The notes beneath the pieces were generated by a model, which searched no databases, was not told the DNA's origin, and was given only the letters and a program-made list of their open reading frames with translations. Below, piece after piece: positions 37,918 through 48,337 of a stretch of 59,425 nucleotides of DNA (positions are counted from its first letter, which is position 1; each line of letters starts with the position of its first letter). The DNA comes from an uncultured Bacteroidales bacterium. Its GTDB lineage: Bacteria; Bacteroidota; Bacteroidia; Bacteroidales; UBA932. The DNA lies in contig ONUG01000002.1 in the NCBI GenBank assembly GCA_900320965.1, positions 1 through 59,425 on the forward strand, written 5' to 3'. A program made the position numbers and the translations under genes.

Positions 37918-40296
37918 ATGAGAAAAGTGTTTTTCCTTTACACAATGGCTTTGTTTATGGCCATAAGCTTGAGCGTTCCAGCTCAGGATAAGATATCCCT
38001 TAATGGCAAGTGGAATCTGGAATTCTGGCCACAGGAAGGGGAGGCGGTAACGGATCCGTCCGAAGTGGCAGCTTTGGAAACCACAAAACTCTCGGCCACC
38101 GTGCCGGGCAACGTAGAGTTGGATCTGCTGGCGGCAGGGATGATCAAGAATCCGGAAATAGGGAACAACATTTATGATTTGCGGAAATACGAATTCTGCC
38201 AGTGGATGTATTCCAAGTCGTTCCAGGCTCCGGAACTATCTGAAGGGCAAAGGCTTATCCTTGACTTTGAGGGTATTGACTGCCTTGGGGACATATTCTT
38301 GAATGGGGAGAGGGTCGGATCGGCGGAGAACGCCATGATCGCCCACAAATATGACATCACCTCCAAGGTCCGGAAAGGAGAGAACAATCTTCAGGTTATC
38401 CTCCGGTCCGCTGTCCTCGAGGCTCAAAAATATCTGGTCGGGACCTATAGCTTCAGGCATTACACAGAGAGTGTGTGGATCCGCAAACCGAGACATTGCT
38501 ATGGATGGGACATCATGCCTCGTCTGGTCAGCGCCGGACTCTGGAGGGGAGTCTTTCTAATTGTCCAGAACCCGGTGAGTATCAGTGATGTACATTGGGT
38601 GACAGTGAGTGCGGATCCAAAGACTAAAGAGGTTTCTGCCTTTGTGGATGTCCAGGTCAAGTACCCAGCCTCGAAGATTGACAAGGTCAAGTTGAATGTC
38701 AAGCTTAAGAGAAACGGGATAGTCGCCTATGAGAATGAACGGCTCCTTCCCACATACGCCTGGAGGACAGAGTTCAAGCTTGAGAACGCTGATCTTTGGT
38801 GGCCGAAGGGCTATGGTGAGCCAGCCTTGTACGACGGGACCCTGAGCCTGATTGACGAGGACGGTACGGTCTTGGCCTCAGACACTCGCAAAGTCGGATT
38901 CAGGACAGTCTCCCTTGAGCGGAGCGAGATGATTGACAAGGACGGAAAGGGTGAGTTCTGCTTCTATGTCAACGGGGAAAAGATCTATGTCCGGGGAACC
39001 AACTGGGTGCCACTAGACGGCTTCCATAGCAGGGATGCCCAGTGGGTTGACAGCACCCTGGACATGGTCGTGGATCTCAATTGTAACATGATTCGCTGTT
39101 GGGGCGGCAATGTCTACGAGGACACTCCGTTCTATGATCGTTGCGACCGCGAAGGGATCATGGTTTGGCAGGATTTCTCGATGGCAGGGATCATATACCC
39201 TCAAGATCAAGCTTTTGTGTCCAAGGTTCGGGACGAGGTCAAGCAGGTTGTCCTTAAGTTCAGGAGCCATCCTTCCTTGGCTATATGGTCCGGTAATAAC
39301 GAGAATGACAACTCTCTTCTCTGGACCCTGCCGACTTTCCGTATTGATCCAAATAGGGATGTGATCAGCCGGAAGATGATTCCGGAGGTGCTATATGAGT
39401 TCGATCCCACGAGGCCGTATCTCCCGAGTTCCCCGTATTTCAGCGAAGAGGCATTCAAAAACGGTTGCCAGCGTTCAGATCTTCCTCAGGATCATCTCTG
39501 GGGTCCTCGCGGCTACTATAAAGATCCATTCTACAAGGAAGCCAAGGCGATATTCGTAAGCGAGATCGGCTATCATGGCGCCCCTGACGTCGAGTCGATA
39601 GAAAAGATGTTCACCAAGGACTGCCGTTTTCCTTGGACAAAAGACGGGCAATGGAACGACGAGTGGATGACAAAATCAGTACGACCTATACCATTCTTTG
39701 ATGAGTTTGTGGGAAGGAACGACCTCATGACAAAGCAGATACAACTTCTTTTCGGGTTCCGCCCTCAGACCTTGGACGATTTTGTGCGAGCTTCTCAGAG
39801 CACTCAGGCTGAAGCCATGAAGTACTTCGTTGAGAAGTTCAGGGGTGCGAAGTTCGACCGTACCGGCATGATCTGGTGGAACGTGCGTGACGGCTGGCCG
39901 ATCGTCTCAGATGCCATTGTTGACTATTACAACTCTAAGAAACTCGCCTACGACTACCTCTGGAATGCGCAAAGGACGGTCTGCCTGCTGATCAATGATC
40001 CGGAGGACGGTGTGCTGCCCCTGAAAGCAGTCAATGACTCCATGGAGCCAGCAGAAGGGAAAGTCAAGGTGACAGACGTCGAAACCGGTAAGGTAGTATT
40101 CAAGGGTAGTTTCAACGTCGGAGCCAATGACCGCTCTCTTGTCAAGGGTCTGCCCATCCCTGAGGGTCAAGGAGTTCTACTGATCGAATATGAGACCGAC
40201 GGGCAGAAGTACAGGAATCATTACCTTTACGGCACCTCACCCTTTGACTTCAGGAGCTATCAAAAATGGATGACCAAAGCCGGTATCCAATTATAG
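37918..40296 (+). CDS. Glycoside hydrolase family 2, beta-mannosidase-like
   Basis: FEGID, YGWDIMPR, WWPKGYGEP, RGTNW, IRCWGG, WSGNNE, FVSEIG. Confidence 0.9.
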   Translation: MRKVFFLYTMALFMAISLSVPAQDKISLNGKWNLEFWPQEGEAVTDPSEVAALETTKLSATVPGNVELDLLAAGMIKNPEIGNNIYDLRKYEFCQWMYSKSFQAPELSEGQRLILDFEGIDCLGDIFLNGERVGSAENAMIAHKYDITSKVRKGENNLQVILRSAVLEAQKYLVGTYSFRHYTESVWIRKPRHCYGWDIMPRLVSAGLWRGVFLIVQNPVSISDVHWVTVSADPKTKEVSAFVDVQVKYPASKIDKVKLNVKLKRNGIVAYENERLLPTYAWRTEFKLENADLWWPKGYGEPALYDGTLSLIDEDGTVLASDTRKVGFRTVSLERSEMIDKDGKGEFCFYVNGEKIYVRGTNWVPLDGFHSRDAQWVDSTLDMVVDLNCNMIRCWGGNVYEDTPFYDRCDREGIMVWQDFSMAGIIYPQDQAFVSKVRDEVKQVVLKFRSHPSLAIWSGNNENDNSLLWTLPTFRIDPNRDVISRKMIPEVLYEFDPTRPYLPSSPYFSEEAFKNGCQRSDLPQDHLWGPRGYYKDPFYKEAKAIFVSEIGYHGAPDVESIEKMFTKDCRFPWTKDGQWNDEWMTKSVRPIPFFDEFVGRNDLMTKQIQLLFGFRPQTLDDFVRASQSTQAEAMKYFVEKFRGAKFDRTGMIWWNVRDGWPIVSDAIVDYYNSKKLAYDYLWNAQRTVCLLINDPEDGVLPLKAVNDSMEPAEGKVKVTDVETGKVVFKGSFNVGANDRSLVKGLPIPEGQGVLLIEYETDGQKYRNHYLYGTSPFDFRSYQKWMTKAGIQL

Positions 40297-40544
40297 GCGA
40301 TTTCACTCTTCGGTTTTCACACCCCTAAGGAAGCAGTCGAAGTTGTCCGTAAAATGGTAGTGGACACTAGCTTGTGGCGCGGCTGAACCACAGGCCCCGT
40401 AAGTCGCTAGGTTACAGGACACCGTTGGAATATTGCAAACAATTATTTAATTATGACTTTTGAAGTGTGTTGCACTTCTAATTAGAATTCACCAATTAAA
40501 GAGTAATTGTTTTATTTTATTTCATATCTCTATGTGTTTAGAGG

Positions 40545-41003
40545 TTATTTCGGTTGCCAACGAGTCAGTTTGATTGTATTTGAGGATTCTTTTTCCAGAA
40601 GATGTAGAGAAGCATCTTTTTCAACAAGAGTTAAAACATCTCCTTTTAAAGCGGATATCTCATACACTTGCTCTGACGATTCATCTTTATATAGCGGTGC
40701 CAGTGTCAACGTTTTCCCATTTAAACTATACACTGAGTGTGACCAATTTAAAGAGACAGGAGAATAATCACCTGGCGGCCCTCCGGCGAAATCTCCCTTG
40801 ACTTCTTTTGTACTGTAGATGTCTATATTCGATCTCGTAATAATCAGCGTTTGAGGCGATGGAACAATTCCGTAACTTGAGTCATTCAGCCATGTTCCAA
40901 TGATTTTCTCCGAATAATCAATTGCTTCCACATCGGCCTTATCACAGGACGCTATGGAAAATGAAAGAAAAAAGGCTATAAGTAAATACTTTATTTTGCG
41001 CAT
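40545..41003 (-). CDS. Lipocalin-like domain lipoprotein in a low-GC islet
   Basis: Lipobox IASC; IIGTW strand, YSLNGKTLTL, YEISALKGDVLTL. Confidence 0.6.
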   Translation of the reverse strand: MRKIKYLLIAFFLSFSIASCDKADVEAIDYSEKIIGTWLNDSSYGIVPSPQTLIITRSNIDIYSTKEVKGDFAGGPPGDYSPVSLNWSHSVYSLNGKTLTLAPLYKDESSEQVYEISALKGDVLTLVEKDASLHLLEKESSNTIKLTRWQPK

Positions 41004-41012
41004 AATGGGTAA

Positions 41013-41252
41013 TTATAAATTATCATTGGTAAGTCTAAAATGATAATTAGAAATCCATCCTTCGGTCGAAAAAGAATAAGCGTTATAAATCGAAGAGCTA
41101 CTTCTTGTCTGTGGTGTTTGACGATACTCTAAATCCAGAGAAATACTGTCGAAGGAACAGTCCTCGACCTTTGAGCATGCCACTGCGATGAGATCGAAAG
41201 ATGTGATAACAATAAAGAGGTATTTAATAAAAGCTTTCATAAACCTGTTCAT
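41013..41252 (-). pseudogene. Short lipoprotein-like ORF, probably an internally deleted remnant
   Basis: 79 aa; signal interrupted by Asp, AVAC lipobox, QTRS motif typical of larger Bacteroidales lipoproteins, then almost no body. Confidence 0.4.
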
Positions 41253-41307
41253 TTAACTAAATCCAAGTTTTTGAAAATCTTGCATCAAAAACATGAAAAA
41301 AGTTGAT

Positions 41308-41614
41308 TTATAATAAAAAACTAGATGTCGAGTTCGCCCTTGTACCGTTGACCTGACGGGAGGGTGAACAGGATGAGATAGTGACCTCAATCTCACCGGG
41401 ATTGTACGAGAATGTCAGAATAACTGACGAGATCATTGATTCGTAACTTGCGTTGATAGGAACAACCGAAGGCGAGCGCACTGTCCGGCCGGGAGTCGAT
41501 GTATGATTCGATGTCCGAGAGGTGGGCCGTGACTTGCCTGGATGCGCAAGAGGCACCTAAAAGCACGATGATGATCGATGCAAATGTTGTGGCGATGAAG
41601 CGGAAGGGTCTCAT
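41308..41614 (-). pseudogene. Collapsed remnant: N-terminus of a TPR-type sensor/regulator joined to a DUF3244-like fragment
   Basis: ATG 41614 gives a signal, then GASC...LSDIESYIDSRPDSALA. In another frame the sequence continues PINASYESMISSVILTFSYNPGEIEVTIS. Confidence 0.45.
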
Positions 41615-41625
41615 TAAAACAATAC

Positions 41626-43776
41626 TTATTTCAGGATCAGTTCGGTAAATGACCAAGCCGGAGCTTCAACTTTGAAGAGGCCTTTCTTGAAATGAGCCTT
41701 TCCGGCGGTGTTGGAGACTTTTATCGCGTCTTGGTTCTCCAGTGTGTTCATCGCTACTGGGCTATCGGCTTGGAGTCTGGTCAAGGAACACGTCTTGAAC
41801 GTTGTGCCGAGAGCGTTGAGGTCAAAGATCGCCGGGAGCTTCTCCCCGGTCCTGTTGCAGATGTAGAGCACAAGCCGTTCACGATCCTTATCCCATGCGG
41901 CCTGAACCTGGAAATCCTCCTTCATGGACGGATCATAATCCTTGATTTTCAAGACTCTAGCTGCTGGAGAGCGGGAGAGAAACTCCATCGCTTTGCCAGG
42001 AGCCGTCAGGTAAGCCCCTTCTTTAGGAGTGTCCATCACGCATTGGCTGTGGGTGTTCGCCAGGTTGTTGACATTGACGAACAGCATCTCTTCGCCCATT
42101 CTCTGGAAACTCATGAAATTCTTCAGAAGATTGAGCGCATAGAGCCATTTGCTGAACATGAATGACTTTGTCGCCTCTTCTCCGGAGGCCATGTTGTAGG
42201 CATCGCGCTTGACGTCGGTGTTGTAGGCCAGCCATTCGGTGTCACAGTATTTGATCGAAGTGCTGTTGGCGGCGTTATATTCCCGAAGCTTTCCGATCAT
42301 GGTCCTTGTTGTCTCTCCGGCGTCTCCCCGGTCGGCAAGGAAATCGATGTCTTTCCCGGCGATCTGGAGCATCTTCGCCAGATCCGCATGGTAGCCAGGC
42401 TTGCCAGGCCGGCCCCCGTACGAGGAAAGGCCGATCTGGATAGTGGGATCCACTTTTTTCATCTCCCTTGAGTAGACAACCGCAGCCCATGCGTAGTCTT
42501 CCGCCTCAAACCACCTGAAGACCTCGTTGTCCAGTTCCCAGAACTTCACCCCGAAGGGCTCGGTGAACCCATGTGAGACCCTAAGGTCCGCCATCGGGTG
42601 TGAGCCGGCCGGAAGGTTGCAATAAGCCACCCAGTCTGCGGCCGCCTTAGCTCCCTCCGTGAGGCTCATGAACTTGGGAAATTCGTAGTCCAGCTTGTTC
42701 TGTCCGTCCGGGAAGTCCACATCATAGCGGCGTTTGGAGGGGTGGTAGACATTGACGCAGAGCATCATCTCTGATCCCGCCGCCTTGCAGAGCATGGCGA
42801 ATTCGGCAGTCCCGACATCGTTGTAATTCTGTCCTCCCCAGAAATATGAATCCGTCGGAACTCGCTCTGACAGAGGACCTACACCTTCTTTCCAATCGTA
42901 GAAAGAAGCAAAACAACCTCCAGGGAAGCGGACGACGCCCGGATTGACTTTTTTGAATACTTCTACCACATCAGGTCTCCAACCATAGTAGTTGTCAGTG
43001 GGTTTCAGGGAAAAGTCATCCACTGTTAAGGAACTCTTCGGGGGGATCCACAGACTGAAGGTGGCGTAGCCGTCAAAAGAAGTGTTCTCGAACACGAATT
43101 CCTTCCGGGAAAACTCGGCGTTGATGTTCTTAATCGGGAAAGCGGCGATCGGATTGTCCCATTCCCCTTGCTTGAAGAACCTGATCTGGGCGTCAAAGGG
43201 CTCCCCCTCAGACTTGAACATCCCGCTGAAGGAATAGGACTTCCCTCTCACAAGGAACTTCCCGTCTTGGGCCAGCGCTAACCGCTCGGAATCTTCTTCG
43301 TTACTTACCGTCAAACACTGCTTTCCGTGGCCGGAACCACCCTCGGAAGGGGTTAAGCCATGAAAGAACGTTTCTTCATCAAAGATAACGCTTCCCTTTC
43401 CTGGATCCCCTGGCGCGGCGTACCAGCTGTTATGCTCATAACCGCTGTGGTACCAGTCGAACACGCTCCAATCCTTTTCGTAGCCTTTTTCGTGGTCACT
43501 CTCGTCGAAGTAAAGGTCGTACCAGGACTTGTTGATGTCCCGGTAGGGGAGAAAATGCTCGAAACTGCGGTTGAAAAGCATCTCGCTGTACATCGCCTCA
43601 ACTTGTCTCCCGTAACCCAGCTCAATGAAATTGCCGTAAAGGAGCGGGCTCAAAGGGGTCTTTGAATACTCCTCGGCAGTGACTATGAAGGGTTTCTCGT
43701 CCCTTGGTCCGGCTGCCAAGAGACTAACCGCCGGCAGGATAGCAGCGACGGCCATGAGTATTCGTTTGCGGATCAT
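41626..43776 (-). CDS. Glycoside hydrolase family 51 (alpha-L-arabinofuranosidase-like)
   Basis: LYGNFIE, VRFPGGCF, WELDNE, DTEW; signal peptide. Confidence 0.85.
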   Translation of the reverse strand: MIRKRILMAVAAILPAVSLLAAGPRDEKPFIVTAEEYSKTPLSPLLYGNFIELGYGRQVEAMYSEMLFNRSFEHFLPYRDINKSWYDLYFDESDHEKGYEKDWSVFDWYHSGYEHNSWYAAPGDPGKGSVIFDEETFFHGLTPSEGGSGHGKQCLTVSNEEDSERLALAQDGKFLVRGKSYSFSGMFKSEGEPFDAQIRFFKQGEWDNPIAAFPIKNINAEFSRKEFVFENTSFDGYATFSLWIPPKSSLTVDDFSLKPTDNYYGWRPDVVEVFKKVNPGVVRFPGGCFASFYDWKEGVGPLSERVPTDSYFWGGQNYNDVGTAEFAMLCKAAGSEMMLCVNVYHPSKRRYDVDFPDGQNKLDYEFPKFMSLTEGAKAAADWVAYCNLPAGSHPMADLRVSHGFTEPFGVKFWELDNEVFRWFEAEDYAWAAVVYSREMKKVDPTIQIGLSSYGGRPGKPGYHADLAKMLQIAGKDIDFLADRGDAGETTRTMIGKLREYNAANSTSIKYCDTEWLAYNTDVKRDAYNMASGEEATKSFMFSKWLYALNLLKNFMSFQRMGEEMLFVNVNNLANTHSQCVMDTPKEGAYLTAPGKAMEFLSRSPAARVLKIKDYDPSMKEDFQVQAAWDKDRERLVLYICNRTGEKLPAIFDLNALGTTFKTCSLTRLQADSPVAMNTLENQDAIKVSNTAGKAHFKKGLFKVEAPAWSFTELILK

Positions 43777-43780
43777 ATTC

Positions 43781-46700
43781 TTATTTTAATACAGGGGCGC
43801 ATTTTACCCCCATCATTTTCAATGCTGAGACGAACTCGGAGGTGACAGCGACCTGGAACTTGGTTGAGTGGAACTCGATGTTGTACTTCGTTCCAGGGTC
43901 GTAAAGGAACATCTTTAGGGGAGTCTTACCCTTGTTGGCCTTGACAAGATCCACAAGTTCTTTGCGGAACGTCTCTGTCAGCATCGGTGTCGTCAGGCTG
44001 ATCGAGAATCCAGCCAACTTGTTTTCGTTGATATTGCCAAGAAGGGATATTCCTTTGACCTTGAATCCAAAAGGAACTGTCTTGCCTTGTGCTCTCTCTT
44101 CCTGGCGCAGAGGGAACTTTTCTTCAATCTCGCCCTCTATGTAGAGGCTGGCGTGCGGCTGGAGGTAGCGCATGAAGGTCTCATGATCCTTGCCGAAAAG
44201 GGACAGTTCATAAGAGCCGCTATAGTCCTCAAGTTTGGTCCTGGAGTATGGTTTCCCGTTTCTTGCGGTGAGGGTGCTTGTCTCCGTCACCAGGCCGGCG
44301 ACAGCCACCTTCATCTTTTTCTTGGTCTTGTCGCATTCGGCCACAAGGTTGTCCAGAGTGGCAAGTTCCTGGTTGGTGAATGTCTCCATCTCGAAGGAAT
44401 ACTTCTCGAGGGGATGGGAGGATATGTACATTCCGACATACTCCTTCTCTTTCTGAAGAATCTCCAGCTCGTCGTCAATGTCCACATTCTCAGGTATTTC
44501 CGGCCTGACAGGCTTCATCTCCTCAATGTCCCCGAACAGTGAGGCACCCGAGTCGGAGGAGTCTTGGCTGTAGAGGGTGGCGTAGCGGGAAAGCTCGTCG
44601 ATGAAGAAATTGCCGTTCTTGCAGGGCATGAAAAACTGCCTGCGTTTGATCTTGAAAGAGTCGAAAGCGCCGGAGTAGACCAAGCATTCCATGGCTTTCC
44701 TGTTCAGTACTCCGTCCATCCTCTCAACAAAATCAAACACATCCTTGTAGGGGCCTCCACTTTCCCTTCCGGCGATGATCGCATCGGCCACATTAGTGCC
44801 GAAGCCTTTTATCCCTTTAAGACCGAAGCGGATGTCGCCGGCCTTGTTGACAGTGAAATGGGAGTAAGACTCGTTGACATCAGGGCTTTTCACCTTGATT
44901 TTGTGGGCTTTGCAGTCGGAAAGGATCTTTCGGATCTCCGCGGTGTTCCCCAAGTTGCAGGACAAGTTGGCGGCGAAGAACTCGGCGGGGTAGTGACACT
45001 TCAGCCAGCCGGTCTGGTAGGAGACCCAGGCGTAACAGGTCGCATGGGACTTGTTGAAAGCGTACTGGGCGAATTTCTCCCAGTCTTTCCAGATCTTGTC
45101 CAGGGTCTTCTCCGGATGACCGTTGGCCATTCCTCCGCTCATGAACTTGTCCTTCAGCTCGTTCAGGATGGCTATCTGTTTCTTTCCCATCGCCTTACGG
45201 AGCTTGTCTGCCTCTCCCTTGGTGAAGCCTGCGAGCTTCTGGGAGAGGAGCATGACCTGCTCCTGATAGACAGTGACCCCGTAGGTGTCGCTCAGGTACT
45301 CCTCCATGTCGGGGAGGTCATACTCGATGGGCTCAAGACCAAGTTTTCTGTCGATGAAGTTCGGAATATAATCCATCGGGCCCGGCCTATAGAGGGCATT
45401 CATAGCTATGAGGTCCTCAAATCGCTCGGGATGAAGCCTTTGCAGGTTGCTCTTCATGCCGGGAGACTCGAACTGGAACACGCTGTCGGTGTCGCCGCGG
45501 CTGTAGAGCTCGTAGGTGGGCTTATCGTTTATGTCGATGGCCTCGATGTCGATGTCCACTCCGTGACGAAGCTTTATGTTGTCCAGACATTTGTGGATGA
45601 TGGTCAAGGTGTTGAGTCCCAGGAAGTCCATCTTCAACATTCCGACATCCTCGATGTAGTGGCCGTCGTACTGGCTGGTCCAGACCAGCTCGCCGGATTC
45701 TTTCTCCACTGAAAGGCAGATGGGGATATAGTCGGTGAGACGGCCTCGGCCGATGATGGTGGCGCAAGCGTGCTGGCCTACCTGCCGGATGCATCCCTCA
45801 AGTTTCAAGGCGTAGTTCAGCACAGCCTTGACTTGGTCGGATCCATTTGCCAGAAGGTCTTTGAACTCAGGGACCAGACGATAGCAGTTCTTGAGGGTGA
45901 TCTTGACATCCGTGTCCTCCATTCCCTTCTGGAACCAGTGTCCGTCTTTTTCATAAGACTTGAAGCCGGGTTTCAGCTCGTCCAGTTTGGGGTTGAAAGG
46001 ATATTCCTTCTCGACTTTCTCGCTGAGGCGGTCGGGAACCAGGCTGGAGAGTCTGTTGGACTCGTCGAGGGGCAGGTCCCTCACCCTCGCGACATCCTTT
46101 ATCGCCCCTTTGGCGAGCATAGTTCCAAAGGTGATTACCCGCGAAACATGGTCCTTGCCATAAGTCTCATCGACATATTTGTGGGCGAGCCCCAGGTCCT
46201 CGAAGTCCACGTCGATATCCGGCATCGAGATTCGGTCCGGGTTGAGGAAACGCTCGAACAGGAGCTGGTACTTGATCGGGTCCAAATTGGTGATCCCTAG
46301 GCAGTAAGCTACCGCCGATCCTGCGGCGGATCCTCTTCCGGGGCCGACCAGGCTGCCCATCCTGCGGCATGCGGCGATGTAGTCCTGGACGATGAGGAAA
46401 TAGTCCGGGAAGCCCATTCGGCAGATGGTCTTGAGCTCAAAATCAATCCTTTCCGCCTGCTCGGAGTTGAGGGTATCCCCATAACGTCTCTTGGCTCCCT
46501 CGTAGGTGAGGTGGCAAAGGTAGGCTACCGAGCGGCAGAACTCGTCTCCCCGGTAATTGCCTTTCTTGTCATTCCTTCCGGCGTCGATGACATCCTTGTA
46601 TTCTTCAAGGTAATTGTCTATCTCGGCCAGGAAGGCGGGATCGATCTCGTATTTCGGAAGCACGTGGTCGCGGTCGATGCTGTAGACTTCGACCTTGTCG

Positions 46701-47554
46701 GCGATCTCGAGCGTGTTGGCGAGGACCTCCGGATGGTCGGGGAAAAGAGCCGCCATTTCCTCCTCGCTCTTGAGGTACTCCTGCTGGGTGTAGTGGAGTC
46801 GCGGTTCCTCGAATATCTTCTTGCCGGTGTTCAGGCAGATCAGGTGGTCGTGGGCCGGGCCGTCCTCCTTGTCCACGAAATGGACGTCATTGGTGGCCAC
46901 GACCTTGACTCCGGTCTCCTCGGCTAGCTTGAAGATTCCTGCGTTGCTTATCTGCTGCTGCTCAAATACTTCCAACGAAAGTCCGGGTACTTCTGTCTTA
47001 TGGAGCATGACCTCCAGGTAGTAATCCTCCCCAAAAACCTTCTTGTGCCACTCGATCGCCTTTCGGGCCGCGTCCATGTCGCCAGCGACGATGTCCTTCG
47101 GGATCTCTCCGGCGAGGCAGGCCGAGCAGCAGATCAGACCCTCATGGTACTTCTCTACGATCTCATGGCTGACCCTGGGTTTTCCGTAGTAGAGTCCCTC
47201 GATGTGACCGAGGGAGACGATGTTCGAAAGGTTCTTGTAGCCTTCGTAGTTTTTCGCCAGAAGAATCAGGTGGTAGTACGAGCGGTGCTCGTTATCCTTC
47301 AGTTTGGGGTCGTAATGCCTCGTGACATACACCTCGCAGCCGATAATCGGCTTGACCTTGTACTCCTTGGTTTCCTTGTCACGGTGCTTGTCGGCGAACT
47401 TGAAGAATTCCTTGACACCGTACATGTTGCCATGGTCGGTGATGGCAAGGGCCGGCATTCCCATCGCCTCGGCCCTGTCGAAAAGAGTGGCTATCGACGA
47501 GAAGCCGTCGAGGATTGAGTACTGGGTGTGGACGTGAAGGTGTACGAATGGCAT
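43781..47554 (-). CDS. dnaE: DNA polymerase III alpha subunit
   Basis: Start MPFVHLHVHTQYSILDG at ATG 47554 (PHP domain); GRGSAAGS, PDIDVDF, KMDFLGL, YAFNKSH. Confidence 0.97.
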   Translation of the reverse strand: MPFVHLHVHTQYSILDGFSSIATLFDRAEAMGMPALAITDHGNMYGVKEFFKFADKHRDKETKEYKVKPIIGCEVYVTRHYDPKLKDNEHRSYYHLILLAKNYEGYKNLSNIVSLGHIEGLYYGKPRVSHEIVEKYHEGLICCSACLAGEIPKDIVAGDMDAARKAIEWHKKVFGEDYYLEVMLHKTEVPGLSLEVFEQQQISNAGIFKLAEETGVKVVATNDVHFVDKEDGPAHDHLICLNTGKKIFEEPRLHYTQQEYLKSEEEMAALFPDHPEVLANTLEIADKVEVYSIDRDHVLPKYEIDPAFLAEIDNYLEEYKDVIDAGRNDKKGNYRGDEFCRSVAYLCHLTYEGAKRRYGDTLNSEQAERIDFELKTICRMGFPDYFLIVQDYIAACRRMGSLVGPGRGSAAGSAVAYCLGITNLDPIKYQLLFERFLNPDRISMPDIDVDFEDLGLAHKYVDETYGKDHVSRVITFGTMLAKGAIKDVARVRDLPLDESNRLSSLVPDRLSEKVEKEYPFNPKLDELKPGFKSYEKDGHWFQKGMEDTDVKITLKNCYRLVPEFKDLLANGSDQVKAVLNYALKLEGCIRQVGQHACATIIGRGRLTDYIPICLSVEKESGELVWTSQYDGHYIEDVGMLKMDFLGLNTLTIIHKCLDNIKLRHGVDIDIEAIDINDKPTYELYSRGDTDSVFQFESPGMKSNLQRLHPERFEDLIAMNALYRPGPMDYIPNFIDRKLGLEPIEYDLPDMEEYLSDTYGVTVYQEQVMLLSQKLAGFTKGEADKLRKAMGKKQIAILNELKDKFMSGGMANGHPEKTLDKIWKDWEKFAQYAFNKSHATCYAWVSYQTGWLKCHYPAEFFAANLSCNLGNTAEIRKILSDCKAHKIKVKSPDVNESYSHFTVNKAGDIRFGLKGIKGFGTNVADAIIAGRESGGPYKDVFDFVERMDGVLNRKAMECLVYSGAFDSFKIKRRQFFMPCKNGNFFIDELSRYATLYSQDSSDSGASLFGDIEEMKPVRPEIPENVDIDDELEILQKEKEYVGMYISSHPLEKYSFEMETFTNQELATLDNLVAECDKTKKKMKVAVAGLVTETSTLTARNGKPYSRTKLEDYSGSYELSLFGKDHETFMRYLQPHASLYIEGEIEEKFPLRQEERAQGKTVPFGFKVKGISLLGNINENKLAGFSISLTTPMLTETFRKELVDLVKANKGKTPLKMFLYDPGTKYNIEFHSTKFQVAVTSEFVSALKMMGVKCAPVLK

Positions 47555-47790
47555 TAGAGTTCCTCCTGGACTTTGACTTTGATGAACCTCACTCCATGGG
47601 AGGGAATGATGTAGGTGGCTCCGTTCTTTATCGAAGAAGGGATTGTCACACGGATCCTGTACCATGCGTAAGAATCGTCATTGGAGATTCCTTGATCGTC
47701 CCAAGTCTTATCCAGCGAAAGAATATTCCAGGCGCTGGCCGAAATTGCCAGCCAAACCAATGAAATTAAGCACAATACAAATCTCCTCAT
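47554..47790 (-). pseudogene. 78-aa internally deleted remnant of a secreted glycosidase (GH27 alpha-galactosidase-like), coupled to dnaE
   Basis: Signal peptide, then LDKTWDDQG...YAWYRIRVTIP (sugar-binding-domain motif), then IPSHGVRFIKV (GH27-like last strand). Its stop overlaps the dnaE ATG (TAATG). Confidence 0.55.
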
Positions 47791-47924
47791 GATAACCGGT
47801 CTTTTTCTAGTGAAATGTCTTGCAAGTTATCGAAAAAAAGGATTCCAAGCAAGAGCTGGAAAGTGCTAGATTTCTCTATATTTTGTTATTTTTGTAAATA
47901 CCAAAACATTAAACATTCGAAGTT

Positions 47925-48332
47925 ATGAAAGGTGATTCATTATTCGCTTTGATAGCGGGAGCGGCCGCCGGACTGACTCTCGGTCTGCTGTTCGCTCCGG
48001 AGAAGGGAGAAGAGACACGTCGCAAGGTTAAAGTGGCTGCCGCTGAAGGCTGGGACGAGTTCGTCGATGCTGCTGGAGACGGTTTTGACAAGGCCAAGGA
48101 GGCTTATGAGGATGTAAAGGAAGGGGCGGAAAGCGCCACCAACAGACTCAGGGCCCGGGCAAGGCTGGCACGCAGGGATTTTAAGGACTTGAAAGACACC
48201 CTGACAGACCAGGCTTCAGAGATCAAGGACGAGGCCCGTATGAAGATTCTCGCCCAGCTGGACAAGCTTGAGAAAGCCCTTTCCAAGGATCCCGATGAGA
48301 GGGAGGATGAGTGGTACGAACAAGACGCTTGA
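47925..48332 (+). CDS. YtxH domain protein
   Basis: GAAAGLTLGLLFAPEKGEETR. Confidence 0.9.
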   Translation: MKGDSLFALIAGAAAGLTLGLLFAPEKGEETRRKVKVAAAEGWDEFVDAAGDGFDKAKEAYEDVKEGAESATNRLRARARLARRDFKDLKDTLTDQASEIKDEARMKILAQLDKLEKALSKDPDEREDEWYEQDA

Positions 48333-48337
48333 GGGAC

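Noticed and set aside
43781-47665. Intein or N-terminal extension in DnaE
   Set aside because: The insertions are short and lack C...HN splice motifs and LAGLIDADG blocks. The extension to 47665 overlaps the upstream ORF, and the PHP motif starts at 47554.
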